From: Camelus dromedarius
Lineage: Eukaryota
NCBI RefSeq assembly: GCF_036321535.1
Contig: NC_087436.1
Coordinates: 42,286,001 to 42,350,000, forward strand
Length of the DNA: 64,000 nt
Direction of reading: 5' to 3'
Below are positions 51,361 through 64,000 of the stretch, piece after piece. The translations under genes were made by a program, and so were the position numbers. Each line of letters starts with the position of its first letter. Position 1 is the first letter of the stretch. Below the pieces are notes generated by a model. That model saw only the letters and a program-made list of their open reading frames with translations. It was not told where the DNA came from and searched no databases.

Positions 51361-53509
51361 ATACTAAACATATGATAAATAATAAAAAACTAAATGGACA
51401 GCTATATAATATTTATTTTAAAAGTAGCCCCCCTAAATATATATATATATACACACACACACAGCATATCTTTTTATAAAATGATAAACTGAAAATAAAA
51501 TATATAGTTATTAGAAATACATAGAAATTTAAAGGAAATTTAAAGGAAAAAACGAAGTCTTTGCTCATCCTTAAACTAGATACAAGGACAAGTAAATTGA
51601 GATTGTCAGCCAGATGATGTATGCAAACTCTGATATAGTTAGAATATGTACACTTTTTCAGGACTGAGTTCATTATTTTCCTTATACTCACATAGGAGTC
51701 CAAGAACAACAACAGCAGCAGAAAAGGTTAAGGACCGTTTATACTGAGGGAAAAAACACTAAAATGAGGCCTAAGGCGATTCATGGTTTGTGCCATTTAC
51801 CAGCTGTGTGGGCATGCCACTTACCACTTCTGGGGAATCAATGATTTCTAAAGCCCTTATTGCCTGAAATTTCTGTGATCTAAGGCCAGAAGCCTTTCTC
51901 AAATGCTGACTCATCCAACAAATTCTTTAACGCAATTCACAGATACTCCTTCCTTATTATCTTCATTATGTGGTACAATAATCCAATTTTGCTACAGTCA
52001 GAATTGAGGCCAGCTGAGTGTAAAGCTATAAAACACTCTTAGTCTTAGGCCTAAAGGACACTGAAGATCTAGAGTGCACAGATTCTTACTCTCAAAGCCA
52101 CTATTTTTTATGACATTTAGACTGAGCTTTCAAGGCCAGAGTTAAAATAGGAACACAATGTGGAAGGAAAGCTGCTGTGGACAGCAGTATAAAGTTCACA
52201 TAGAAAAAGACTGGTCATTCTTCTCTGGTTATTTTTATGTTCAGGGTAGAAGTTAAGGTAGTGAGAAATTACTCAGAGAATATTTCTTACAACTTGTCAT
52301 CCCCTAACCCCACACCTTTCAAAGTTTATTAAAGAAAAAAACAAAAAACTCCCCTTTTATATAAGAGATTTGAATCTATAAAAAGATATTATTCTACAGG
52401 CAACAATGTTAACTTGAAGAATTTTGAAATAAGGCTATCCTTTAGCTGGTGGTATTCAAACTGGATTCCTTACAACTCAACTTCAGTGGCCATTTTCTTC
52501 AGCAAATGAGAATCAAAATAGATGAGGCTTGAGGACACTTCTTTAATTAGAATTTTCTTTTTAATCTATTAGAATGCTTATAAGGTTTTGAATGAAAAAA
52601 AAAAGTTCTGGCACTAAACTAGACAAATAAATAAATAAAATTTGAAATTTGCAATTATAAAGTAGAATGAGGTTAAGACGATCCTGGTGGAGTTCTCCAC
52701 TGAGGAGGAGTTACCCTTTTAGTATTCATGGGACTTGTGGATATAAAAGGCCAGAACATGCCCCCTATTTTCCAAGATGGCTAAGAGTATAGATTAACCT
52801 CCCAAATACTTACTCCAGATTAACAAGCAATATAAAACATACTGACTTGTTAAATGCATTTACCTGGGGGTCTGATCTCTGCTATGCTCTATTGCTTTTA
52901 TCAGCTGAATCATATGCTTACCAAGAATCAGCTGCACTTTTCCCAAGACCTATTACATGACTGTAATTGTCACTGTAATTTTGTAATTTAACTAAATATT
53001 GCATAAACAGATGAGTGGGTACATAGTCAAAGAGTCTTCTCTATTAATGCTTTTGAAATTTTCAATAGTTGTGAGTTGCTACTTAATTAAAATAGACACA
53101 GCAACACTAAAAGTCTGAAAAATTTATAAAATAAAGGAATTTCTGAACTAGACCTCTTTTCACTCTACTTTTGAGAAAATACAACTGCATTTTGTGTGTG
53201 TGAGATGGAAAAGGACCCCACACTCAATGGAAAGGCCTTCTCCCCAAATTAACTAAGAAAGGTACATTTGTATGTTTTAAAGTAAAATACAATGTTTAAG
53301 AGACTTATACATCCTTTCTTTTCTGTTACTTCAAATAACATTTTCAAATAACCAATTAACTCTTATACCTTAGGGGTTGGATAAGATGGCTTCTATTCTG
53401 TATGTCAGAAAAGGAGTACTTTTAAATAGGAATTTCCTTGCACTAGATAAGATGAATGAAAGAAAATTTGAGATTTGTTTTAAAAATAGGAAAAGAATTC
53501 CTGCCATAC

Positions 53510-54062
53510 TGTTGTGGAAAAATGTGTTACAGCTCGGTGTTACAGCTCAGTTGGGAAAGCAACCCGGATCCCGTCGAGAGACCAAGCAGCACTCGGAGAG
53601 TTGGAGAACTCAGGTTTATTATGCCAGCAGACCCAGAAGAGTTAACACTCCAACCTCCGGACCCTGTCTGTAGGTTTACACCAGCTTTTATAGGCTGCCA
53701 GTTTACACTTTGCAACATCATATGTAAATAAGGTATAAGGAAAGTTGACTAATTAAGAACAAGCTTTGAAGAAATGGAGCAATCAGGAGTGAGAGAAATA
53801 ACCAATCAGGAGTGAGCTCCATGCAAATGAAGTACTACAAATGGACCAATCAGAAGTTAAGGAAATGAACCAATCAGGAGTGAAGGAAATAACCAATCAG
53901 GAGTGAGCTCAGAGAACCAATAGAATTTTAAGTGTAAGTAAGCTGTTTCAGAGGCAAAAAGTGAGATAGAGCCTCTGGGCCAGGGAACCGGATAGTGCTA
54001 GCAGGAGAGTAGTGGCCCTGCCTGGGGGTCCTGCTGGTCCTTCCATGGGGCTTCCCACCTCA
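53510..54062 (-). mobile_element. Relatively young ERV1 (gammaretrovirus-like) solo LTR
   Basis: TG...CA termini, perfect TSD ATAC (53506-53509 and 54063-54066), minus-strand AATAAA (TTTATT, 53615-53620) and TATA (TTTATA, ~53687), retained CpGs, and an internal CCAAT repeat array. Confidence 0.9.
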
Positions 54063-54479
54063 ATACAACACTTAATATGCAAAAAGGTGTGGTGCAGTTT
54101 GTATCAATACAGCCTTAATGTTGACATAGCAAGCATAAACATGAAGTCCAGAATGTACAAACAGTTCAAAACTTCAGTTTCTGCTAATGATTTTGCAACA
54201 TTCAGAGTGCACTAAAGAAGTCACTACTCAGATCAGCAGAATGGAGATCAGGGAGTGTATTTCCTCCAGGCATCTCACCATTAGCATCTCTCTGGGTGTC
54301 AGGTAAAGTGAATGCTGTTGGTACCTTGCTCAGGTCCCATTTTCCTGCATGCTGCACTCAACAGCCAAGTGTTGTGAGTGATGTCAGCTGCTTCCTTCTT
54401 GAAAGAATAAACCTCAGCCAAACAGAAGGCATCTAGCTTAGGGGTCTATGCTCATCGTAGCTGCAGATCACAGGCAATG

Positions 54480-54830
54480 TTTAATCATTGGCATGAAGGT
54501 ATTAAGAAGACAGGTTCCACGTATTGGGATAAACTAGAAGAGAGTTCCTAGGAGTGGACATTTAGGCTGCTGGGTCAAGAAGGGAGCTGGATAGGAGAGA
54601 GTTGGTCAACATGGAGTTGTGCACAGAGCTCCAGGATGATTCCAACATGCTGCAAGATGGCTCTTGAAAGCAGCAGCCTACAGTAAATGAAGCAGAGATA
54701 CTAGATTGCTGCAGGCAAACTGTGGAAAAAGGAAACTAAAGGTTCAAGGAAATGGGCCTGCTTGAATGAGTCTACCAAATAGAGATGCACAAGGCATTAG
54801 CTCTCCATGTTCTCCAAAAGGACCTGTAAT
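54480..54830 (+). mobile_element. ERVL internal fragment (gag-like), decayed
   Basis: GATGGCTCTTGAAAGC...CCTACAGTAAATGAAGCAGAGATACTAG...GGTTCAAGGAAATGGGCCTGCTTGAATGAG resembles the ERVL gag motif (WLLEA...PTVNEVEMP...RLREMGMLEW). Confidence 0.55.
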
Positions 54831-56054
54831 TGGCTTCAGTTTTCACCAACTTACACAGATGAGTTGGCAGAGGGTGGAAGCCTTAGGGCTAAAATCGTTG
54901 CCTGATCATTAAGCCGTGAAGACACAGAAGCAACCCTTAGGAATCCAGGCTAAACAATAAAAACAAAAATAAGAAAAACTGAACAAATACATTGGTGGCC
55001 ACTGCGGAAGATGTAAGTAGGTACAACTTTCAAAGTCATACCCTCACAAAAGCAACACTTATTCTGTCAACCTCAAAACTTGCTCTGGAAATTCCATGCC
55101 GTTCACAATCAACTCTTGTACTTTTTTATCTTTGCATTCAAACCACAAAGGCAGAACCATAGGAAGTTTTGTCAGTAGAAATTAGTGCGATAGGCTGATA
55201 AAATTAATGAAAAATTTAAAGTGACTTAGTATGTTCCATACAAATTGACAAGGTTCTCACTTTATCTGAATCAGTACCTTCTACCAACCCATAGGGAAGG
55301 AAGCTTGAGTGAGAGCAGAGTGGAATTGAGGTGGGGTCACCAGGTTGTGAAGTGAGATGGGACTCAGTGACCTGCAAAACCCAGCTGTACCAGGCTAGGG
55401 CCCCATGCCCTTTTGGAGATTGTTTTAAACATTCACTATTGTCTCCAACACAAATGAGTGATGACTTGGGAGTGTGTACTTGGAGATTACATGAATATTC
55501 TCATATTAGTAACAAGAGCTGGGCAATTTTGCCTAGAATTTAAACAGAGTCCTTTCTTTTGATGCCTTACCTCCATTCCCAAAAGTTGAGCTTGCAGGTT
55601 CTCGACTCCCACTGACTGTCTATCTAAAACTTTTGCACCACTCACTAAGGCTTGATGCTGAGTCACCACTCCTGTCAACCTATTTTGAATCAAAATTTTG
55701 CCATATTCTCAGTTCTTCTCCACCTAAGTTAATTGCACTATGTGAGAAATTTAAGGCGGCACTCAAGTTAATTCTTTCCCTAATTTTGATTTACAGATCT
55801 TGGCAATAAATGCTTCCTCACAATATTTCTTTAAACTACACTGGCTTTCTGGTCAAGTTCCATGGTCCCCTCTGCATTGTGCACATTTTTATAAACCCTG
55901 TTACTTAATTCAAAATCTTTAAGCAATCTACCATAATGGGTCATGAAAGGGTACATTGACATATGTGCCCTTACCGCATTCCATTCTTCCAAAGACTTAC
56001 TCTAAAACCAGTAACAAATCATGACCAAGACTGACACATCCTTGACTTTCAACC

Positions 56055-56603
56055 TGACGAGTAGCAGAATATGCCAGCCCAAAATATGCCACCTTGGTAT
56101 ATTAATTATTTTGATCTGGGGACACTTGAAAATCAGCAAATGCAAGGAGTGGCCTTCTTTGTACTGCCTTTATCTGCCTCCAAAAGGAACTCAATTGTCA
56201 TAAATCCCCTCCCTGGACAGTTCATCAGCCAGGGAAGATTGACTCATCACAGGAAACGAGACTAAAGGTTGACACACACAAACTTTGTCACAGACTATCA
56301 CGAACCATCTATTCTTCTAAGAGCCCATTCACCTTTCTTAAAAATCATTTACTCTCCCCTAAGAGGTCTGCATCTCCCCTCCCCTTTCCCTATTAATATG
56401 GTACCTAAGCCTGAATTCTAAGCCACCTCTTTCAATTATTCATTTTCCCCTGAGTATCTCCCATATATACATAAGGGACATGTATTAATAAACTTCCATT
56501 TGTTTCCCTCTTATTAACAGTCTTCTGTCACAGGGTTTTCAACTAGAAACTCAAAAGAGTAGAGGAAAATTATCCACCCCTCACCTCCCTATCCCTTACT
56601 ACA
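56055..56603 (+). mobile_element. ERV1 solo LTR (MER34-like)
   Basis: CAGAATATGCCAGCCCAAAATATGCC start, AATAAA at ~56487, CTACA end, TSD AACC/AGCC. Shares AGCCTGAATTCTAAGCCAC with the 37324 LTR. Confidence 0.8.
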
Positions 56604-57134
56604 AGCCTATGTTTTGTTTCTCAATTTTCATACTTAGAACATTTGTGTAATATATTTTCCATGATTCAAAATGATCACCTCCAGACTTTTGCCTCCCCTC
56701 AAAAACTCAAAAACACTTTAGCTTTTAGAACCCGGGATCACAGAGAATGCAGTAGTTTTGAACTGATTGAGGGCTGGCGGTTTCAGGCAATCTGCTAGGC
56801 TACAAAAAGAGTAGCTTCCTGATCACATCTGCTCTGGCCCATCCCCCTTCTTCCCATACTGCTAGTGGATATGCCTTTCATTTATTCTGAAAGCAAGTCG
56901 TCATTAAAAAAAAATGTTTAAGAATCTTTGCCAAACAACTGGAACTTTCAAAACACTGCACAGGTGACATCTCCTATGGGAGGTTTTGAAGGAAACCAAC
57001 AAAGTAAACTTCCAGCATAGCATAATTCTGGGTCTCTGATTAAAGTATTTATCACAAATATCGTTCTCACAAAATGACCCTTACTGTGAAATTATTACTA
57101 ATCATACTGTGTAATTTACTTGAAAACATTTTCT

Positions 57135-57181
57135 TTTTTTTCAGTTAAAATATAGTTGATGTACAATATTACGTTAGTTTC
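57135..57181 (-). mobile_element. Extremely truncated L1 3' end (~47 bp)
   Basis: Poly-T followed by AAAATATAGTTGATGTACAATATT, with TSD TGAAA(A/G)CATTTTCT at 57121-57134 and 57182-57195. Confidence 0.75.
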
Positions 57182-57753
57182 TGAAAGCATTTTCTAAACT
57201 AAATCATAATTTGTGCTAAGACTGTTTTTCCTCATTGGCATATTCTGTTAACAGTTCATATGTTGGAACATTCTTTCCTTCAGAATAATGAATATTTTGA
57301 TATAGAAATAGATATAGATTTAGACTTAGATATACACCATGTTCAACAATCTTGCATAATAGCATCTGCTTCTCTGCTACAGGTCATTCTAGCATTTTTA
57401 TTCTTATCAAAGAAAGAAGAGAATTAAAGTCCATAATAATATGATCAAATCAGCCAGGGAAACTGATACATACAGATTAAACCTTTACTTTGTGTTACTG
57501 AGGGGCAGACATATAAAAGTGGATTTCTAGTCTATTAAATTTTATCCAAAAGGTACACAGTTTTAGTTATAAATACTTGGAGCACCTTACATGGTCTCAC
57601 CCACTGCCTACTGGTAGTCACGGTCATCACAGAGTGTCTCCCACAACTCCTCATCCTTTTAGCCACTTCCTCCCATTAGGTCTTATACTCGACTTGTGTT
57701 TTGGGTTGCTGATGAGTTATCTTTGTCCAGTTCTGTTTTGTATAGGGTCCAAA

Positions 57754-57791
57754 GTGTGTGTGTGTGTGCGTGTGTGTGTGTTTGTATGTGT
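57754..57791. repeat. Interrupted (TG)n microsatellite
   Basis: Directly visible. Confidence 0.9.
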
Positions 57792-58773
57792 TAGGGCAAA
57801 GTTGGGTTGGCAATGGGAGTGGAGGGACAATTACATCTTGTGATGAACAGAGAAGATAAAAGAATCTTATGGCGACCTATTCTTATGGTTTATATATAAA
57901 AGGTATTAAGCACTGGCAAGATTAAATCCTGCATGATTATTTCTAGTATATATTTGTGCTAAAATAACTTTTCCACATTGTGTTGCAACATGAAAAGCCA
58001 TTCTCTGTATCCTAGCCTTGTTTGATGTAGTCTTTCACATTACACCCACCACTGCCTGCCAAAATGATGGCATGCATCCTTGATCTGGCAATCAAGAGCA
58101 GCCCTTCTTCAGTGACTGTCACAGACAGGGAAGACAAACTCCTGCTTACTCAGTCTACTCCTTGTCTGGTGAGTCCATTTTTGGTTTTGGGGGACTGATC
58201 ACCTTGAAGATACTGGGACAGATTTGTTGTATATAGAGGAGGCAATAAATTATGAATAGAGTATGAATAAGAGTATAGCATTATACTCTAATGTATATCA
58301 AAATTCCTAAAAGAAATTTATTTAATAGAATGAGTATTCTATGCTTCTTAGAAACTAGTTATTAATAACATTCTTATCAAAAGAGTGTGTCAAGTTAGAA
58401 ACTTATCTAGAAGTGTCTTAAGAAAACAGGACAGGCAGTTACATTGTACAACCAAAGAAAAATCACGAATCACGTGGAATATTTGGCAGTGCCAGGGAGA
58501 AGGATCTAGAATGGGGTAATATGATGGGTCCCCCTGGCAGCCCCTCAGACTAGAGACACAAGGTCTGGGCTGGATGGGGAATGTGATAAATGAGAGAGAA
58601 GAGAGTTTGCCAACAGAACTGATGTAAAATAGCTCTTCTTTTGCACCTCTGCTTAGGGTTTGTTTTTGTGAGGTCAATCATAGTGCATAAATAGAAAGAA
58701 TTAAAGAAGGGAAAAATCTGTATTTATGTTTAGCCTACTTCTTCCCATGCCTGCCATAGTAAATGTTGGTATC

Positions 58774-59143
58774 TACTGTGGACTGAATATTTGTATTTCT
58801 CCAAAATTCATATGTTGACACCCCAGTCCCTAATGTGATGGTATTAGGAGATGAGGCCTTTGGGCAGTGATTAGGTTATGAGGGTGGAGCCCTCATGAAT
58901 GGGATTAGTGTCCTTGTAAGAAACCCCCAGAGAGCTCTCTCCTTTCTTCCCCTCAGTCATATGAAGATACTGCAAGAAGACTGCAGTCTGTGAACCAGGA
59001 AGTGGGATCTCATCAGACACCAAATCTGCTAGTGCCTTGATCTTGGACTTCCCAAGTCTCCAGAACTATGAGAAATAAGTGTCTGTTGTGTAAGCCACTC
59101 AGTCTATGGTGGTTTGTTACGGCAGCCCAAACAGACTGAGCCA
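58774..59143 (+). mobile_element. MaLR solo LTR (MLT1A-like)
   Basis: TGGACTGAATATTTGT...CCAAAATTCATATGTTGA...GAGGGTGGAGCCCTCATGAATGGGATTAGTG...GCAGCCCAAACAGACTGAG. Confidence 0.88.
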
Positions 59144-59149
59144 GTGTAC

Positions 59150-59300
59150 AGTACTAGGAAGAAAGTTACTTGAGACCAGGGATTTTATCTGTTTTGATTA
59201 TTGCTATCTTGCCTGCATCCTTTACAGAGTTTAGCACTAGGATATTATTTGGTAAATAATTGTTGAGTCTGTGAAAATCAATGAATGAATGAATGAATGC
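59150..59300 (+). mobile_element. L2 3' end
   Basis: GAGACCAGGGATTTTATCTGTTTTG...(AATG)n tail. Confidence 0.75.
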
Positions 59301-59738
59301 ATTCTGTACTGTAAAGCATTTCATATACATATGAAGAAAGGAAGTCACCTGTAACTAACCCATAGGTTCTCTGCACAAAAGGCTCATCTGAAAATAAAAA
59401 TATATACTATTAGATAGTATTTTGTCACTAGCTTCCAATTAAGCTTTACACTATACAGTAGAAACACATATATATAAAAATTCTTCTGCCTGTTGTGCAC
59501 ACAACCAGAATACCACCTCAAAACACTGTTCTAAGTGTAAGAAATGTAGAAAGTTCTGAGAGAAAGGAGAGAAATAACACATGCTCTGAAGTAAGACCGC
59601 TTGGGCTTATATCCTGGATTCGCTGCTTAATAGTTTTGTAACCCTGGGAAGAGCACACTAATGAACTAACCCTTAGTGAATTAAAATGCAAACTACAAAC
59701 TATTCCTTTGTATTTTTATATTCTTAATATTCTCTAAG

Positions 59739-60408
59739 CAAGGTTCTCCAAACTTTCTAGATGAGGCACTCCCATCATATTTGAGCATGCATCCTAATAC
59801 ACGTACCCTATTTAGTTTCACATTGTATTCATTTGCAGCTGTACACATGAATTGTCAACATCTTGAAACATGCAGAAAATGAGAAACACAATAATAGGTG
59901 ACCGAGACAAAATATACCAAATATCCTATTTCAAATGATTAATTTAATTTATAATGGTATAGAAATCATTTTTGCTCTCAGTAAAATTATGATCAGTTAG
60001 AACACAGCTTTGTGAGAATGACGTGATTGGACATGTTATATTTAATTAAATCTTCATGGACTTTACTTCCTTGTGACTGAAAAAGTGGTAAATATTAGGA
60101 GAAGCATCAGCTCTGTCATTTTCTTATTGCTTCCTTCTTCATACTTGCATTATCAAAAGTATGTACAATTTTATTAAAGGGTTTTTTATGCTACTAATCT
60201 ACTTTTTAGGATTAGTACAGTTTATGTAAAATAATATAACATGTAAACACATTCAAGTGGAGACAGAAAGGTTTCAATACTTAGCAAAATTCCACAAAAG
60301 ACCAAAAACTAAGAATAATGTCATTTAGGTAAAATTAAATATAAATAGAACTTTCAATATTTCTCCTACTCCAGTCAATGTTGTTTAGATTTGACTTGGA
60401 AACCACTG
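59739..60408. mobile_element. hAT-Charlie-like DNA transposon fossil
   Basis: Termini CAAGGTTCTCCAAAC / TTGGAAACCACTG, each flanked by CTCTAA (degenerate Charlie target). Confidence 0.5.
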
Positions 60409-61089
60409 CTCTAATGTGCATAAATACTTCCCTTCCTACCCTTGTATTTCTAACATGATGTATTTTATCGTTCATATATTAAATTGACACTAAAAAGAAG
60501 TAGGTAGTTCCCTGCAAAATAGATAGATCTTCATAATGTAAATCTCAGAAAATAACTTTGGAAATGTGTGTACAAACTAATCTTGTGAGGTTTCATGCAG
60601 ACTTGACTCTGTGGTTATAAGGGAACATCTTATATTATAACGGAAGGAATCATCAACTTAACCCCAATGGGTGAATAGAAAATCTACTGAACAGTGAAAC
60701 TATTGAAAATAATGATCTAAAGTGTATTTTCCTTTCAGTAAAAATGAAAGTTATTTAGGGAAGTAAAATATAAAATTGCATGTAACTTTTCTGCCTTATT
60801 CATATTTTCCTACAGCTTCAAATGGTAAACGTCTGTACGGATTTAGAAGAACTCTTGCCAGTTGGCTTGTGACTATTATTAAAAACCTGTGCTTAAAAAT
60901 CAGATTTATTATTTAAGGAAACATAATCTGGGGCATTTTTTTAACTTCCCTAGATCTCATTTCCTTAGTCAGTGATAGAGGAATACAGAAAGAAACTATT
61001 AATACCAAGTATGATCTAAGATAATATAAATAAATTATCTGGCACAGTGCCTGAACTCCAACTGCCTTGTCTTCTTGAAGGTTTTCACG

Positions 61090-61576
61090 CCATCTGTGCC
61101 TGCCTTGGGCCTGTCTGTCATAAGATCCATCTTTTGTTATTCTCCTGCTCTGCCCTGTGTGGCAGGAGGTTGACCTCTGCAGAAGTCCTCCTCAGGCTCC
61201 TGTATCAGCAAGCATCCAGCAGGGTCTGGCCAGTGGGAGACACTATAGGAAGACTGGAAGACTCAACCCCTCCCCGTGCCTCAGGCTGTGTGTCTGGCAG
61301 CTACCACCGCTCTTCCAATGAACTCAAGTGCCCCCTGAACCGGGTTCTGTGGTTCCAACTGCAGCTGTGCGCCTCTAATGCCTGGACTCTGGTAACTCAC
61401 TTCCCACCATCTCTCTGACCTGGGGGCGGTGGTGGTTTTCTACACCTGTTAATTAGGGTCACCTCAGTGTGTTTCATTTAGCTTCTCTGCTTTTCCATTA
61501 TCTGTGTAACAAAATCCCTATGTTGAAGTCCCTCTTTCTTAAAATCTTAAATGCTTTCTGCTTTTAGGTTAGACCT
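61090..61576 (+). mobile_element. ERVL solo LTR (LTR33-like)
   Basis: CCTGCTCTGCCCTGTGTGGCAGGAGGTTGACCTCTGCAGA...GGCCAGTGGGAGACACT...CTGTGTAACAAAATCCCTATGTT. Explains ORF 61047-61418. Confidence 0.65.
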
Positions 61577-61577
61577 A

Positions 61578-61969
61578 GTATCAGTTTTCTATTGCTATGT
61601 ATCAGAGTACTCATATTTTGTAGCTTGAAAGAACACCCATTTATTATCTCAGTTCCTGGTCAAAATTCCATGTGGGCTCAATTGGGTTCCCTGCTTAGGA
61701 TCTCATGAGGCTGAAATCAAGGTGCTGGCTGGGGTCTTATCTGGATGTTCTGGGGAAGAATCTGCTTCCAGATACATTTACATTCAGAAATCATTCTCCC
61801 TTAAAGGGCTTATGTAAAGAAGTTAAACCCAAAGGAATAAGCTCCCTATTTTAAGGTCAACTGATTAGTAACATTAATTGAGTCTGCAAAATCCCTTTTA
61901 CCTCTTAAGGTAATTTAATCAGGAAAGCAATAGCAGGGGAGAAGGTCATCATAGAATTCTGCCTTCCAC
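61578..61969 (-). mobile_element. MaLR solo LTR (MLT1F/G-like)
   Basis: GTATCAGTTTTCTATTGCT...CCCATTTATTATCTCAG...GGCTGAAATCAAGGTG...AGAATTCTGCCTTCCACA. Confidence 0.75.
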
Positions 61970-62479
61970 AGAACTTTAAGTGAACTTGCCGGGTTTGTGT
62001 CCTCAAACCAAAAATTTAACCTCCAAGGGCCTTAGATTCTTCATTTATAAAATGTTTGTAAACAAGAGAGACAATCTTATTGCTGACGTTCCATTTCTAC
62101 AATATTATTGTTTTGTGACCAGAGTCCAACATTATTTGGGCCAGCAGGGAAACTAGTGTAGGTTTTGCTATCTCCTCTTGTGCTCCTCTCATGGGGGAGC
62201 ATTTTGATTTCATTCAGAAAAAAAAAGAGAATTGTGTTCCATAGAAACATTTCTTAAGTATAGTCACAATGAGAATGTTTATATTTAAATTGTATTAACT
62301 TCAGTACTTAGAAGTGAGTTACTACTTCTTTTGGTGCAGCCAATGCTGCTGGAAGTTTTGGCATAAATCAGTCAGACCCCCATGTCAGCGTTCCGGGTGG
62401 TGCTTTGATGTGATGGTGAGCTGGAGTCTACAGAATAATGGACCTGGGTGGGGGTTAGTTAGAGAACCCTGTCGCAGAT

Positions 62480-62620
62480 GACTGATACTGCCAGCCCTGG
62501 GAATCTCAGGCATGCCACATAACATCTCTGAACTTCAGTTGTATCATTTGTAAAATGAAGAAATTAGAATGGGGGGTGTGTCTTAGGGTCCCTTAAATTT
62601 TAACAATGAATGATCTTCCT
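62480..62620 (+). mobile_element. MIR/MIR3 remnant
   Basis: CACATAACATCTCTGAACTTCAGTTGTATCATTTGTAAAATG core. Confidence 0.55.
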
Positions 62621-63744
62621 CCATCTTAAATCCTTGGTTGTAATAAAACATGGTGACCAAATATATAATGAAAGAGTAAGTTTATTAAATTCCTAGGTAG
62701 AAAGAAAGCTGAGTACTTTAAGCAGAATCATTTGGAAAATTATGTTCATTAAACAATTGCAGTGTATAGTTTTTAGATGTTAACTTTTTTGTTTTTCCCT
62801 CCATAGATCTAGTCTTTCTAGATGTTAACGTTATGTAACACACCATCAAATGGTAGTCACGTAATGCCCTCTTCTGGCTAAAGATACAAGCACATCCTTT
62901 CTCTGGGCTATGGCAGTATCTGAAAATTTGTATGTTCTTAGTTCTTTCCTAAACATTTACCTGTCAGTATATGTTTCAACAATATTTAGTCTGTTTAGTC
63001 CTTAGTAACTCTAAAATAAATGTATTTTATTAATGCCATAGGCATTCACTTGTTTAACAACTCAATTTAATAAACATAGGTGACCTAAAATAATTTAAAA
63101 AAATTTTTGGAATGGAATCTGTCTAGTTGGGGCATTTCTTACTGATAAAATTTACCAACTTACCAGATCCACATTTTCCATTGCATTTATAAAGGATATA
63201 GTGATAAGTTCTAAAACAATCTTGTATTATTATAATTAATTTTTTCAATACATTTGTATTTCTGCCTCCAGACATGTGTAGGAGCTAGCTACACGATTTG
63301 TGCTGCTCCCTAATCAAGACAAACTCTTTGTGATATTATTTTACCATTACTGTTCTTACAGTTTTTACTGTCTAAAAAAGTGATTATCAACCCTTAGGGC
63401 CATATCAGAGTCACTAAGAGGTATGTTCAGAAGACTACATTTTCTCTAACAATGAAACGTGTGGTATTGTTCAGATGTGTTGAGACACTCTGATAGTCTT
63501 CTATATTTAATTTATTATTAAAATCTGGATATTTTTGAGGGCAAAAGAATCATTATCAACAATTACACAGGCTATTGGCCTATTGTAGTGAAGCAGAAGT
63601 TGGGTCATTGTATTTGTATTTTGAAATGTATCAGTAGGACTAATAGGGAGCTGAGGATCATTGCTGAAACTCTGTTTTTACTTTTATTTTCAATGCTGTC
63701 TCTCAACTTTAATTTATAATTTTTGTTGTATGGCAAATAGAAAA

Positions 63745-63978
63745 CTTGTTAAACATTATATTCTCTTTGGAGCCAGATAACTTGGATTCAAATCCTGACA
63801 AATTACTTAATTTTTCTGTGCCTCTTTTTCCTCATCTGTATGATGGGAATAATAATAGTACTTAACTTACAGGGCTGTTACAAGGATCAGAGAGTTGACA
63901 ATGAGTTAATATGTGGTTAACATTTAGAACAGTACCTGGAGCATAGTAGACCCTATTATTAATAGTAAAATTATTAGT
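63745..63978 (+). mobile_element. MIR SINE
   Basis: CTTTGGAGCCAGA...GGATTCAAATCCTG...TTTCCTCATCTGTATGATGGGAATAATAATAGTAC...AGAACAGTACCTGG. Confidence 0.85.
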
Positions 63979-64000
63979 GTCTGTGAGTGGATGATAACCT

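Noticed and set aside
53770..53925. CRISPR-like repeat array
   Set aside because: Eukaryotic LTR context, tandem units without unique spacers, and no cas genes.
37324..56603. Two MER34-like LTRs as ends of one provirus
   Set aside because: They have different TSDs, are substantially diverged, and the intervening DNA is not ERV1 internal sequence.

Overview
AT-rich, CpG-poor mammalian genomic DNA, most likely from a camelid (alpaca/llama/camel). The basis is a tRNA-Ala-derived SINE of the Vic-1 type at ~2.1 kb plus young cetartiodactyl-type L1 3' ends. A large part of the window is decayed interspersed repeats: nested L1s (3.8-10.4 kb), several 5'-truncated L1s with target-site duplications (TSDs), about 16 solo LTRs (ERV1, MaLR, ERVL) in both orientations, two ERVL internal fragments, hAT-Charlie and Tigger fossils, and L2/MIR remnants. 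I found no recognisable protein-coding gene, RNA gene or CRISPR array. The six-frame ORFs are retroelement relics or chance frames. The window reads as intergenic DNA or a very large intron, and I could not find a convincing new biological system. The most testable leads are a few candidate splice-signal exons (low confidence), an LTR with a phased CCAAT array plus octamer, and a repeat-free motif-rich putative enhancer. Repeat family names come from recalled consensus resemblance, not a database search, and boundaries without TSDs are approximate.
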